Source: Thermoplasmata archaeon (lineage in GTDB: Archaea; Thermoplasmatota; Thermoplasmata; Lutacidiplasmatales; UBA184). From it: a DNA stretch of 64,000 nt. Below the pieces are notes generated by a model that ran no database searches, was not told the origin of the DNA, and saw only the letters and a list, made by a program, of their open reading frames with translations. The position numbers were made by a program, and so were the translations under genes. The stretch covers positions 27,288 to 91,287 of the forward strand of contig JBAUYF010000007.1 of assembly GCA_049584655.1 (NCBI GenBank), given 5' to 3'. Shown one piece after another: positions 1 to 9,774 of the stretch (position 1 is the stretch's first letter; each line of letters begins with the position of its first letter).

Positions 1-174
1 TTCTTCCCGATGGTGCCAATAATTGATCCCAACGTTCGCCCCGAGGGCGGCCAATCGCAAGACAATCGCTCGACCAATCCCCGTCGCCCCACCCGTCACT
101 AGCCCCGACCGACCCGCGAGCGGCTCCGGCCCCACCCAATCGACGGTTCCGGTGGGCTTAGTCTTCACGGGCAT
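1..174 (-). CDS. short-chain dehydrogenase/reductase (SDR), N-terminal fragment; gene continues beyond window start
   Basis: Minus-strand ATG at 174. Translation MPVKTKPTGTVDWVGPEPLAGRSGLVTGGATGIGRAIVLRLAALGANVGINYWHHREE carries the SDR TGxxxGIG Rossmann motif. Frame stays open to position 1, so it is absent from the ORF track. Confidence 0.7.
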   Translation of the reverse strand, partial: MPVKTKPTGTVDWVGPEPLAGRSGLVTGGATGIGRAIVLRLAALGANVGINYWHHREE

Positions 175-203
175 GACTCCCGTGTTCTTCTTCTGTTCGG
201 GGT

Positions 204-210
204 AAAAAAA
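204..210 (-). terminator. oligo-T tract (T7 on minus strand) about 68 nt downstream of the 278..463 gene
   Basis: A7 run on the plus strand inside GC-rich spacer; archaeal terminators are oligo-T runs. It also lies about 30 nt upstream of the SDR ATG, so a promoter role is not excluded. Confidence 0.3.
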
Positions 211-277
211 CGCACGGCGGAGTCGCGAAGGGGCGCGCGCTCGCTCCACCGGCTGCGGGAATAACTTGCGCGGTGAA

Positions 278-463
278 CTAACTCGATCGGGTGGAGGCGA
301 GCGCGGTAACCAGGAGAATCGCCACGATCACGATCAAGAATAGGTAGAACCAGATGGACTGTAGCAAAAAGGCGACGGTCGTGTAATGGACCAAGAAGAC
401 GATCGAGATCAGTAGCGATAGGGGGAGGAAGACGACCAAGCCCACGCGAGAGGGTCGATTCAT
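278..463 (-). CDS. small two-TM membrane protein (hypothetical)
   Basis: Internal ATG of ORF 278..571. MNRPSRVGLVVFLPLSLLISIVFLVHYTTVAFLLQSIWFYLFLIVIVAILLVTALAS has two clear hydrophobic helices. Confidence 0.4.
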   Translation of the reverse strand: MNRPSRVGLVVFLPLSLLISIVFLVHYTTVAFLLQSIWFYLFLIVIVAILLVTALASTRSS

Positions 464-644
464 CCCCGATTCCTCAGATCGGTCGGTCTGATCCGCCGGT
501 GTCGTACAACCACGGGGCAGTGAAATCTTCGGACCGCGGTACTCTCGGACCCAACGACGGGCATAGACCAATGCCTCTAGCTCGGTTTGCGCGGAACAGT
601 CGTGGAAAAGACGTTAAGAATGGTCCCCAGGTCCACTCGCCCCG

Positions 645-1055
645 ATGGCACGTCCGAAAATCGAGTTCGTGTATAGTGGCATTCGCGTTCGCAATCTCGC
701 GAAGGCCGTGCGCTTTTACCGCAAGTTGGGCTTCCGTATTTACCGCCGGGGGAAGATGGAGCATGGAGGAGTCTGGGTCCATCTTCGATTCCCCGGCACC
801 GTGAGCCGACTTGAATTGAACTTCTATCCTCGCGGGAGTCGATTTTACGAAGCGATTCGCAAGGGAACGGAATTCGACCATTTCGGCTTCCGTGTATCCG
901 ATGTCGAAGCCTGGACCCGCCAATTGCGACGATGGCACTTTCCAATCGTGGCCGTAGTCCAGGAAACGCATGAGAATCTCGTGTACACACGCGACCCTGA
1001 CGGTAACTGGGTTGAATTCTTCGGCCCCGTCGCGTCGAAGAAATCCCTAAGCTAG
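645..1055 (+). CDS. VOC / glyoxalase I family protein
   Basis: 136 aa with IRVRNLAKAVRFYRKLGF...ELNFYP...DHFGFRV...DPDGNWVEF, the typical glyoxalase/bleomycin-resistance fold pattern. Paralogue of 14044..14520. Confidence 0.8.
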   Translation: MARPKIEFVYSGIRVRNLAKAVRFYRKLGFRIYRRGKMEHGGVWVHLRFPGTVSRLELNFYPRGSRFYEAIRKGTEFDHFGFRVSDVEAWTRQLRRWHFPIVAVVQETHENLVYTRDPDGNWVEFFGPVASKKSLS

Positions 1056-1259
1056 CCCCGATCCGAAGACCACGACCCCAGAGTATTCATACTCCCGGTG
1101 AATTGTGAAAACTGGCCACGGGCCAGGAGGTTTCTGGAGATGACGGCGCGCTGTGATTCATTTGATACTCCGGAAACCGACTGAGTAACCCGTTACTCGC
1201 GTCGGTTCCGGCTCGCCCTCGAGCCGAACAATCCGAGGAACCACCACACAAAACACAAC

Positions 1260-2000
1260 GTGCCGAACGACGCGTACCTTGACGCGAGTGTACACTGGAA
1301 AGTTCGATCCGGAAACGCGACCCTGCATGAACAGCGCTACTCGGAGGTCGTCGAGTCGATACTCGATACGGGACTGGCCACTTCGGTGGTGCAGCAGATC
1401 GGTTCTGGAAAGGAAGCTGGCGTCTTCGCATGTCTGAACGGGCCGCATTTGATCGCCGTCAAGGCGTATCGCTTCTACCAGTCGAGCCACCGAGGGGGTC
1501 GACCGATCAAGCAGGAATCGATGGGCCGTCTCGCGTTGGAAGAGTTGGCGCTCTTGACGCAGGCGTGGACCGGAGGCGCCCGCGTGCCCCGCCCCGGTCG
1601 TCGCGTGGAGAACATGTTCTCGATGCAGTATCTTGGGTCGGTCGAGGGGCCCGCTCCCCGGCTCAACGACGTCGCCCTCGAGGCTCCGGAGGAGTTTCTC
1701 GCCGAGTTATTGGCCAGTACGCGCAAGCTCGCCGACGCGGGCGTGGTCCACTCCGATCTGAGTCCCTTCAACATCCTCGTTCACGACGGGCTCCCCTGGT
1801 TCATCGATCTGGGCCAATGCGTACGGGTGGATCGAGTCGGTACGTCCCCGTGGATCCGGTTGACGGAGGCCGGAGACGCGCTGCGAAGCGGATTCAAGAC
1901 GTTCGACCGCTATTTCCGGAAATATGATCTCCGTGTGGATGTCGAAGCAGAGGTAGCGGCTATCGTGACGAAACTCGATCGTTTCGGCGTCCTGCGCTAA
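1260..2000 (+). CDS. RIO-type atypical serine protein kinase
   Basis: IGSGKEAGVFAC (P-loop-like), AVKAYRF, FSMQYLG, VHSDLSPFNILV and WFIDLGQ match RIO kinase catalytic and metal-binding motifs. Confidence 0.75.
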   Translation: MPNDAYLDASVHWKVRSGNATLHEQRYSEVVESILDTGLATSVVQQIGSGKEAGVFACLNGPHLIAVKAYRFYQSSHRGGRPIKQESMGRLALEELALLTQAWTGGARVPRPGRRVENMFSMQYLGSVEGPAPRLNDVALEAPEEFLAELLASTRKLADAGVVHSDLSPFNILVHDGLPWFIDLGQCVRVDRVGTSPWIRLTEAGDALRSGFKTFDRYFRKYDLRVDVEAEVAAIVTKLDRFGVLR

Positions 2001-2046
2001 TCTCGACCTTCCTTTCGTGCGGAATCCCCGGATTTCGTAGGCGAGG

Positions 2047-3429
2047 CTACCACCGAGCTCCCGGACTATCGCGACCGGAACTAACTCGGTCGTAGGACTC
2101 CACCGCACGAGCGAAGATCTCGCGTAGGCGCGGGGCCGCACGTTTGACGTGGCAGATGCGGGCCGTATGGTAGCCGGCCTCTCCCATACGTCGGGCGCGC
2201 TCCGGCTGGCTGAGGAGCGTCGCCATGCTCGTCACGAGCGCGCGTACGGAGCCCGGTCGCACGGCGTATCCGTTGAAGTCGTCATTGACGAGTTCCGCCA
2301 CCCCGGCCCCTTGGCTGACGACGACCGGGAGTCGATGCATCCATGCCTCAATGACCACGAGACCGAATCCTTCCCACGGGGCCGGATGGACGAAGAGACT
2401 TGCCCCCTCGTAGGCCGCCCGGAGGTCCTCATTCGAAACGTTCCCCGTGAGGATCACCGATTTCTCGAGCTTGAGATCTCGAATCTGCACGCGCAAGCGT
2501 TGCAGCCAGGCGTCTGACTTCGTCGGCTCGTTGATCTTCGATGCTTGCCGCGAGGAGAAACTCTCCCCCCCTACGAGTACCAAGCGATGGTCCGGAAATC
2601 GATCCCGAAGTTGGGCGAAGGCGGCGATGACCAAGTCGTGGCGTTTCACGGGATCCATGCGGCCGACGCATAGCGTGTACGGAGCGTGCCCGACCCCGCT
2701 CCGTGCTCGAAACTCCGCGATCGCCCGGTCGGAAGCGGGGCGATTCTCGTTCGGATCAATATACGGATAGACTTGGAACGCTCGTCCATGGAATCCGTGC
2801 CGGATCAATTCCTCGAGGCCCGCGCGGGTGCTCACGACGATGGCGTCAAATCCCTCCATCGACCGAAGGAAGAATCGACGCACGGGCTCCGGATAACCCC
2901 GAAATTCGAGGGGAATGTGCCAACGCATGAGCGCGGGTGAGGCCGACCCGATCATGCCGCCGACGAGGATCTGCTGAAAGTCGTTCACATAGAACAGGTC
3001 GTAGTCGTTCATGTGATGGAGCAAGTGCTGCGCGGTACGGTGGTTGTACTCCACGAAAGCCTGGTACTCTTCGGGGCGGAACGGTTCGAGTCCCCGGGGA
3101 CCATGAAAGGAACGCCAGACGGCTTCCTTGAACGAATTGTAGCGCTCGCGGAGATCGGCTTCGAGCGGAACGGTTTCAACGGTGTATCCTTCGTCGATCG
3201 TGAACTCCGTCGGAAGGTCCGGCCCTTGCTGCACGACCCACCGAGGATTGGGTGCAATCCAGTGGCCTAAGCCAGTCCGCAATAAGGATCGCATCATTGG
3301 AACCACCCCGCCCACGTTCGGAATGTAGTCGCGCCCGACCTTCCAGGGCCCCCGACGTGGCGGCGAGCGCCCACCGATTGGTTGGATCGGCGGCGTTTGC
3401 GAACTGATACAAATTCTGAGCATTCTCAC
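2047..3429 (-). CDS. GT-B glycosyltransferase (GT4-like, sucrose/trehalose-synthase-like architecture)
   Basis: C-terminal EGFGLVVIEAWMHRLPVVVS (E-x7-E GT4 motif) and LVLVGG block. N-half FYVNDFQQ...WHIPLEF resembles retaining sugar-phosphate/trehalose synthases. Substrate unknown. Confidence 0.7.
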   Translation of the reverse strand: MRMLRICISSQTPPIQPIGGRSPPRRGPWKVGRDYIPNVGGVVPMMRSLLRTGLGHWIAPNPRWVVQQGPDLPTEFTIDEGYTVETVPLEADLRERYNSFKEAVWRSFHGPRGLEPFRPEEYQAFVEYNHRTAQHLLHHMNDYDLFYVNDFQQILVGGMIGSASPALMRWHIPLEFRGYPEPVRRFFLRSMEGFDAIVVSTRAGLEELIRHGFHGRAFQVYPYIDPNENRPASDRAIAEFRARSGVGHAPYTLCVGRMDPVKRHDLVIAAFAQLRDRFPDHRLVLVGGESFSSRQASKINEPTKSDAWLQRLRVQIRDLKLEKSVILTGNVSNEDLRAAYEGASLFVHPAPWEGFGLVVIEAWMHRLPVVVSQGAGVAELVNDDFNGYAVRPGSVRALVTSMATLLSQPERARRMGEAGYHTARICHVKRAAPRLREIFARAVESYDRVSSGRDSPGARW

Positions 3430-3629
3430 CGATCCTACACCGGGCGGATCTCGTCGTTCCCTCCCCGGTACCTCCGGAGGTCTTTAGCTCATTTGGGCAC
3501 GGTACGAGCTCGGCGATCCTCACTGGCTTCAGTCGACGAATTAGATGCGGATTCGTGCTCTCGGAGAGGAAGTACACCGCGAGGATGTCGCCGGCCCACG
3601 CGCGAATCGCCGGCATTTGCCGAGCAGTC

Positions 3630-4082
3630 TCAATGGCGCGCGACCAAGCTTGCACGGTAAACGCCTAGGACGGCGATGGAGACGCCGACTCCTAGGAGTC
3701 CTACCGGTACCCAAATTTCGTGGGCCAGGGTGCCGATCGAGACGCCAATGCCGGCGGTTGTCCAGAGGAAGCCTGCGCCTGCGAGTGCGGTTGAGAGTTC
3801 GAATCGACCCGCTCCTACGGCGACGGCGGCGGCGAGAAAGAAGATGACGCCCAGCACCGCAAGAAAGGTGCCGAATCCGAGGAAGGTCATCAGGCCGGCT
3901 ACGGCGGTCAGAACGGCGAGGAGCGTGGCGGCGGTCCACCAAGCCACGGTGTCGGCGAGGTCTGGGAATTCCGAGGTTCGGTAGGATCCCGCGGTAGCGA
4001 CGCGTCCGCCGACTCGAAAGACGGGAGTGTCAGGGCGCGGTTCAGTGGTCACAGCGGTAATGCTCGGATTCCACACGCACAC
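3630..4082 (-). CDS. hypothetical multi-pass membrane protein
   Basis: 150 aa with 3-4 Ala/Gly/Leu-rich hydrophobic helices. The only protein-like frame here. Confidence 0.5.
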   Translation of the reverse strand: MCVWNPSITAVTTEPRPDTPVFRVGGRVATAGSYRTSEFPDLADTVAWWTAATLLAVLTAVAGLMTFLGFGTFLAVLGVIFFLAAAVAVGAGRFELSTALAGAGFLWTTAGIGVSIGTLAHEIWVPVGLLGVGVSIAVLGVYRASLVARH

Positions 4083-4138
4083 TTATCCTAAGCCGAACGG
4101 AGCGGAGTCCCCTAGCCTACGTGGCCGGGCGAGTCCGT

Positions 4139-4714
4139 TCAGAGAGCCAAATACAGGAAGTACGCCGCGAACGCCAGAAGGAAACCTGTCGCGACAACCA
4201 CGACGGTCGATTCGAGCTGTGGGCGCGACTGCACCCCCCGATGGACCGCCGTCGGGAAGACGACGATCCAGACTGCGATGGCAGAGAAGAGACCTACGAA
4301 CAGGACCAACCCTCCCAGAAAAGCGAAGGCGAGCCCAGCGGTGAGCCACCAAAGAATTTGAAACGGATTTCCGATGCCCAGTAACAACGCTTGCGCGTAA
4401 ACTCGGATGCTCGACGGGGTGGCTCCGGCGGGACCCCGCCTCGATCGGAGCAGCAGGATGGCGTACAGCGTCATGACGCAGGCTCCCGACAGGTAGACGA
4501 CCCGAATCTCGGCCGTCAGGCTGACGGAGGATCGGAGCAGAAAGACGACAGCTCCGAGTACGGCGTCGGCGCTCATGGCACCCGCTCCCGCTACCACGCC
4601 GTTGCGTAAGGACCGAACGGCCTGGCTCGAGATGAAGGCATTCATGGGACCCGGCGGGATCGTCAGGGAAAAGCCGAGGGCGAGCCCGAGCAGCAGGAAG
4701 TAACTCGTCTGCAA
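4139..4714 (-). CDS. LysE/RhtB family amino-acid exporter
   Basis: 191 aa. N-terminal LLLGLALGFSLTIPPGPMN and central GIGNPFQILWW are hallmark LysE-family motifs; six TM segments. Confidence 0.8.
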   Translation of the reverse strand: MQTSYFLLLGLALGFSLTIPPGPMNAFISSQAVRSLRNGVVAGAGAMSADAVLGAVVFLLRSSVSLTAEIRVVYLSGACVMTLYAILLLRSRRGPAGATPSSIRVYAQALLLGIGNPFQILWWLTAGLAFAFLGGLVLFVGLFSAIAVWIVVFPTAVHRGVQSRPQLESTVVVVATGFLLAFAAYFLYLAL

Positions 4715-4794
4715 TGGTCTCCTCCGTCGTCGGCGAGATTATTTCACCGGGAGAATTCCCGCATCGGTCGGCTGACTCGGGATGGGGATGCGGT

Positions 4795-5571
4795 TTAGGT
4801 TCCGAACGTTCGGGTGACGCGAACAGTTCCTGCCAATACGAAGGCGGGCGCCAACAACGCGAGGACCGGCGCCGCGAGCAGCAAGTATTGCGCTCCCTCG
4901 AAGGGGGTAAAAAGGAAAATGAAGGGTCCGACCAGAACCAAAAGTAGGATCGCATAGAGCGCGCCCCCGCCAGAAAGAGCCGGTTGACCGTATCGGGCGG
5001 CGCTCAGAATCAAACCCGCCACAATACCCACGGCGCCTATCCAACCCAACCAGAAACCAATGAGTGCGATCGAGGCGCCGATGGGCTGCGTAGATTTGAG
5101 ACAGGAGTAGATGTGCCCCGGTTGACCTCGTAGGCACGAAACCATGCTATTCGCCGAGCCGAGCACGATGGCGGCGACAATGACGATGAGGAGGAACCCG
5201 ATGGATCCGATCAAACAGAGTATCGAGGCAACGCGAAATCCCCCCGACACCTTTCGGAGGGCCGAAAAGGCCCGTCGATACTCGAAGAGGGATACGAGGA
5301 AAAGCAGAGCTCCGGCGAGCAGGGCGATACTGACGACATCGATGAGCGAGTTGCCGTAGGTGAAGAATCCACCCGGCTCGTACGTGCTAAGCCAGAGGAA
5401 CGTTACCGGGAGAACGAACAATGCGATCGCTGCTGCCAATCCCAGACCGGCCCCGGTCCCGAGGCGCCGAACTCCTCGTTGGTCTTCCTTCAAGATCAGG
5501 TGGCTTGCGATCATATTGTCATGCTGGAGGGAGCTCCCCGGACCAGGGCGCGGGAGAGTCAGAGAGCCCAA
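4795..5571 (-). CDS. hypothetical polytopic membrane protein
   Basis: 258 aa with about 6 TM helices. Divergent from 5817..6740. Start uncertain (internal MIASH possible). Confidence 0.6.
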   Translation of the reverse strand: MGSLTLPRPGPGSSLQHDNMIASHLILKEDQRGVRRLGTGAGLGLAAAIALFVLPVTFLWLSTYEPGGFFTYGNSLIDVVSIALLAGALLFLVSLFEYRRAFSALRKVSGGFRVASILCLIGSIGFLLIVIVAAIVLGSANSMVSCLRGQPGHIYSCLKSTQPIGASIALIGFWLGWIGAVGIVAGLILSAARYGQPALSGGGALYAILLLVLVGPFIFLFTPFEGAQYLLLAAPVLALLAPAFVLAGTVRVTRTFGT

Positions 5572-5816
5572 CTCGGTGGCAATCGGGAATCGCCGGGAGA
5601 TTATCTACCCAACGGACCGGACGAAATGATACCCATCCGGAGGCACGCCCGGTAACTTAGGTAGGGCGACCCACGTATCCTAGAAAGTCAGGGCTCGGAG
5701 TTCGACGACCGTTTACGACCGAGCCGGAGTTCGTACGTAACCCGCTTCATAAGCCAAGTGGATGCGACCGCCACCGGGGGGCTCAACCGGCCCCGCAGTG
5801 GAGCGAACGTCGCGGC

Positions 5817-6740
5817 ATGTTCAATGTGGAAGTAGTCGTCGCGCTCGCGATTCTCGCCGGGCTAATGGCCGGCGGGAACTCCTACATCTTTGTACAGTTC
5901 TTCCCCCGTCGGGGGGGGACCCCCAATTTGGGCCGGGCGATCCTCGTAGCGGGGCTGCTCGGTTCGTCCCTTTGCGTCTGGCTTGCGGTGATGTGGGCCG
6001 TCGTGGTACCCAGCTTCGGAGCTTGGCTCGCGGTCTTCCTCGGTATGAATTCCATGATGGTGGCGGTTGGCGTCTGGTTCGTCGCCATCTTCCTTCGCGC
6101 AGAAGAAAGGATGGTGCCTTCCGGGAGCTGGGGTTGGGCGGCAACGTTGTCCCTCTTGGTGATCGGGAATGAACTATTCATGGGAACATCGTTCGTCGGA
6201 GCCGTGGGAGGTCCCGGCGCTCTCTTGGCGGGATCCACTCCGACCCTGATCTCGGGATTCACGGCGTCCGTCAACTCGTTGTGGTTCTTCTGGGCGATGC
6301 TCGCAAATCTGACCTGGCTCGTCCTCTGGCTCCCCCTCGCTCGGAACGAAAAGGAGGCGTTGCTTGGTCTGAGCTCCGTAACGATCGTAGGCCCCTGGGT
6401 GCTTTGGAGCCCGTTCTGGGGACCGCTGGCCCTCCTCCTAGTGGTAGTGATGGTGGCCCTTCTCGTACTTCGATCGTACCGCGCCACGACCCAACCCACT
6501 GTCCGCTACTCCAGGATCGTGACTGGGTCGATTGCGGGGCTGGTGACCGTCGCGGGGGGCGCGACCATTGCCGGGCTGACTGCTGATTCTCCATTCGGAT
6601 CCCTCGCGTGGGCATCGGCTGCCTTCTTCGTTCTCTTCTTCCAACTCCTGTTCTTGTCTCAGTCGGCGTTGAAGCATACGACGCCGGCCGCGGCCAGCAC
6701 CTCCCTACCACTCACGGCACCTAGCGCCGCCTCCGAGTGA
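5817..6740 (+). CDS. hypothetical polytopic membrane protein
   Basis: 307 aa with 8 or more hydrophobic helices and a Trp-rich sequence. No recognisable family. Confidence 0.6.
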   Translation: MFNVEVVVALAILAGLMAGGNSYIFVQFFPRRGGTPNLGRAILVAGLLGSSLCVWLAVMWAVVVPSFGAWLAVFLGMNSMMVAVGVWFVAIFLRAEERMVPSGSWGWAATLSLLVIGNELFMGTSFVGAVGGPGALLAGSTPTLISGFTASVNSLWFFWAMLANLTWLVLWLPLARNEKEALLGLSSVTIVGPWVLWSPFWGPLALLLVVVMVALLVLRSYRATTQPTVRYSRIVTGSIAGLVTVAGGATIAGLTADSPFGSLAWASAAFFVLFFQLLFLSQSALKHTTPAAASTSLPLTAPSAASE

Positions 6741-6839
6741 AAGCGAGTCGAGGGCGTCGAGAGCTGAGTGCTCCCGTTTGGCGAACCCACCGCCGATAAC
6801 GGGATCGAGCTCCTGCCCAGGCGGATGTAATGAGGGTCG

Positions 6840-7550
6840 GTGGCTCCTACCTATGGAAGTTCAATGCCGGCCTCATGTCCCGATTGCGGTGCCCAGGTGG
6901 AGTACGTCTCCGAGCCGGCACGCCTCCTCTCCGGCACCTGCGGGTCCTGCCATCACGAATTCACGATTGTGGGGGGTCACCTCGACGTCAAGCCCGCACC
7001 GGATGCCCGGTCTCGGGCGGAGGTCGGCGCCGAGGGGCCAGCGGCTCCGCAAGGGCCGACCTGCCCAGATTGCGGCGCCCCGACCGCGTTGAGGGTGACC
7101 TCCTCGCGTTCGATTGAGTCGGTCTGCTCCGACTGCGACTCGACGCGTATGTTCGTTCTATCGGACGGAAGTCGACCACCTGCGCGCGAGCCCCGATCCG
7201 ATCGGGGTTGGCGCGATGACGGGGATCGTCGAGCGCCTTCGGCCAGTCGTCCCTGCCGGCAATGCGGCGCCCCGCTGACTTTCACCACGGGTGAAGACGG
7301 GCTGTTGACGGGAGAATGCACCCAGTGCGGGAACCGGTTTACGCTCCCCGCACGCCGTGACTCAGGGGGCCCGCGCAACGATCGCCGCGAGCGCCCGTCA
7401 TTCGGACGCAGCCGTCCCTCCGGATATTCCGGGGGTCGGAACTTCTCCCGCGGCTCGGGGCGACCTCCATCCTACGAGCGAAGGGGCCGACGGAACGATT
7501 CGTCGGACGATGCGGAGGCGCCTCGCCGTCGGCGGCCGCGGCGCGAGTAG
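6840..7550 (+). CDS. triple zinc-ribbon protein with Arg/Gly-rich C-terminal tail
   Basis: Three repeats of the module CPxCG-x17/18-CxxC: C13/C16-C34/C37, C75/C78-C96/C99 and C139/C142-C160/C163. Followed by an RG/RS-rich tail ending RRRRPRRE. Confidence 0.6.
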   Translation: MAPTYGSSMPASCPDCGAQVEYVSEPARLLSGTCGSCHHEFTIVGGHLDVKPAPDARSRAEVGAEGPAAPQGPTCPDCGAPTALRVTSSRSIESVCSDCDSTRMFVLSDGSRPPAREPRSDRGWRDDGDRRAPSASRPCRQCGAPLTFTTGEDGLLTGECTQCGNRFTLPARRDSGGPRNDRRERPSFGRSRPSGYSGGRNFSRGSGRPPSYERRGRRNDSSDDAEAPRRRRPRRE

Positions 7551-7660
7551 GGCTTCTCTGGAATTCGCGAAGGGTCGTTGCGGGATTCTTGGTCGATTGA
7601 CCCGTGCTGAAGGAGCAGGACGCTCGGAGCGGGACCTGTCTGCCGACCGGGTGGTTCGGT

Positions 7661-8566
7661 CTAAGTGAATTCTTCCCGAGCGAAGAAATAGAGACCCGCC
7701 AGCGCCGTGAGCACGAAGTACCCCGCCATGATGATTAGCCCCTCTAGGTAGGTGGGCGCGTACGTCGTGACGGTCGTCGTTCGGCCCCGCGGGCCGGTCA
7801 TGGTGGAGGTCGACACGTGCGCCGGTAGGGTGGAAAGGAAGGGATACGTGATCACCTGCTGGGCATACGTGATGATGAACCACGGTTCGATCTTCACGAG
7901 CACGGTGATTAGTTCTTCGATGATCGAGAATCCGAACAAGAACAAGACGGCGACGACGAGGACGGCGTAGAGGCTGTTCTTGAACATGGAACTAAAGAGA
8001 AAGACAGCGCCGAGCAGGGCGAGCAGGTAGAGCACCGCGATGGCGAAGGATTCGAAGAGCGCTACGGGAAACGCATTCACCCCGAGGTAGACGGCTCCGT
8101 TCGCGAGGAGGATCGCGAGATAGACTACCACGGCAACCAGGGAGGCGATCAGAGCCGCGAGGAACTTGCCCACATAGACGCTGTCGCGACGGATCGGGAG
8201 GCCCATCAGGAAGTATCCGGTCTTGTTCTGGAACTCCCCTGCGATCGCGTCCCCGCCGAAGATGATCCCGGCGAAGATGATCACGACCGTCACCCCGCCG
8301 CCCCAGAACGACCCATAGAAGGCATCGGAACTCGCGGTCAACCCCGACACCGTGGAGGAGCCATGGAAGTACGCCAGTACGAACGAAATGATGGCACCGA
8401 TCGCCGCCACGATTGCCATCATCAGCACGAACCGACGGGATCGGAGATAGTCCCTGAGTTGGTACCGAGAGAGGATCAGGGCCTGCGTCAGCGTGTCGGG
8501 AACTGAACCGATCGCCCCGTCCCCTCGAGGCGCGTTGGCGATCGCCGTAGCCGACGGAGTGCTCAT
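7661..8566 (-). CDS. ABC-2 type transporter permease
   Basis: 301 aa with 6 TM segments. Its ATG overlaps the stop of the upstream ATPase gene by 4 nt (8563-8566). Confidence 0.75.
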   Translation of the reverse strand: MSTPSATAIANAPRGDGAIGSVPDTLTQALILSRYQLRDYLRSRRFVLMMAIVAAIGAIISFVLAYFHGSSTVSGLTASSDAFYGSFWGGGVTVVIIFAGIIFGGDAIAGEFQNKTGYFLMGLPIRRDSVYVGKFLAALIASLVAVVVYLAILLANGAVYLGVNAFPVALFESFAIAVLYLLALLGAVFLFSSMFKNSLYAVLVVAVLFLFGFSIIEELITVLVKIEPWFIITYAQQVITYPFLSTLPAHVSTSTMTGPRGRTTTVTTYAPTYLEGLIIMAGYFVLTALAGLYFFAREEFT

Positions 8567-9510
8567 GCGTCCCCCACCGAGATCTCACGCAAGTAGACCT
8601 CCTCCAGCGCCGATCGCGATTCGCGGAAACTGAGAAGCCCGAGATGGAGCGCTGCGATCTTTTCGAGCAGTACGCTCTGCTCGGCCCGTCCCCCTTTGAC
8701 TTGCAACGAGATCCGTTGAGAAGCGACGCGCGTGACGCCGGCCACCTCTGGCAGCCCGGCGATCGTGCCGTTTAGGACCGCGTCGTCTATGGGGGCAGCG
8801 AACTCGGCCTCGACCGATTGGACCCCGCCGCCTAGACGTCGCGTGACGTTCTCCAGGGAGTCGGCGAAGAGTAACTTCCCATGGTCGATGAGCGCTACGT
8901 CGTCACAGACGTCGACAACTTCGCTGAGGATATGACTGCTCATGAAGATCAGACGATGACCCTTCTTGAGACCACGAACGATGTCGCGGACCTCCGCCAT
9001 TCCCCGAGGGTCGAGCCCAGTGCTCGGCTCATCGAGGATTACGACCTCGGGGTCCGAAAGGAGCGCCGCGGCGATGTTGACGCGCTGTTTCATGCCCTTG
9101 GAGAAGCGGCCCACTTTGTGGGTGGCCCATTCTGACATCTTCACTTCCTCCAAGACGATAGCCGTCCGAGAGCGGATCTCCTCCGGCCGCATCCCGCGCA
9201 GGGCGCCGCTCATCTCGAGAGCCTCCCGGGGGGAGAGCGACGGGTAGATCTCGGGGGTTTCCACCAAGTCGCCGCAGGACGCGAGGGCCCGTCGACGATC
9301 CGCTTGGACGGATACACCGTTGATGAAGGCCTCCCCTTCGGTCGGAAAAATCAGGTCCGTGAACATCTTGAGGGTGGTGGTCTTTCCCGCCCCGTTCGGC
9401 CCTAGGAATCCCATACATCGGGCTCCTTCGACCTTCAGATTGAGATGGTCTAGCGCCGTGAACGCGCCGAACCGCTTGGTCAGATCTATCGCTTGAACGC
9501 TCGGTGACAT
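8563..9510 (-). CDS. ABC transporter ATP-binding protein (ABC-2/DrrA-like)
   Basis: Walker A GPNGAGKTT, signature FSKGMKQRV, Walker B VVILDEPSTGLD and H-loop SSHIL. Start set at internal ATG 9510 (MSPSVQAIDLTKRFG). Confidence 0.9.
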   Translation of the reverse strand: MSPSVQAIDLTKRFGAFTALDHLNLKVEGARCMGFLGPNGAGKTTTLKMFTDLIFPTEGEAFINGVSVQADRRRALASCGDLVETPEIYPSLSPREALEMSGALRGMRPEEIRSRTAIVLEEVKMSEWATHKVGRFSKGMKQRVNIAAALLSDPEVVILDEPSTGLDPRGMAEVRDIVRGLKKGHRLIFMSSHILSEVVDVCDDVALIDHGKLLFADSLENVTRRLGGGVQSVEAEFAAPIDDAVLNGTIAGLPEVAGVTRVASQRISLQVKGGRAEQSVLLEKIAALHLGLLSFRESRSALEEVYLREISVGDA

Positions 9511-9774
9511 AGTAGCCCAGTCGCGGGGGTTGGGTCCCGGGAGTTGAAAAGCGTAGCTGCCTATGCGCAGCGCAACCCCGCACGAAGCGCTACTCGCGGG
9601 GCACAAATTCCTCCCGGATCACGATTCCTGGACCACCAGTCGAAATAGCCCATCGCGTCAACCGCCGCGAGCTACGGTTGGCGGTCTTGTCCGAAAAGTA
9701 GAGGATCCCGGGCCCGGTGGATCCGCGGGCGGTTACCACCGCCCAGCTCGGCCGCGCGGGAGTTTCCCGGTAAT

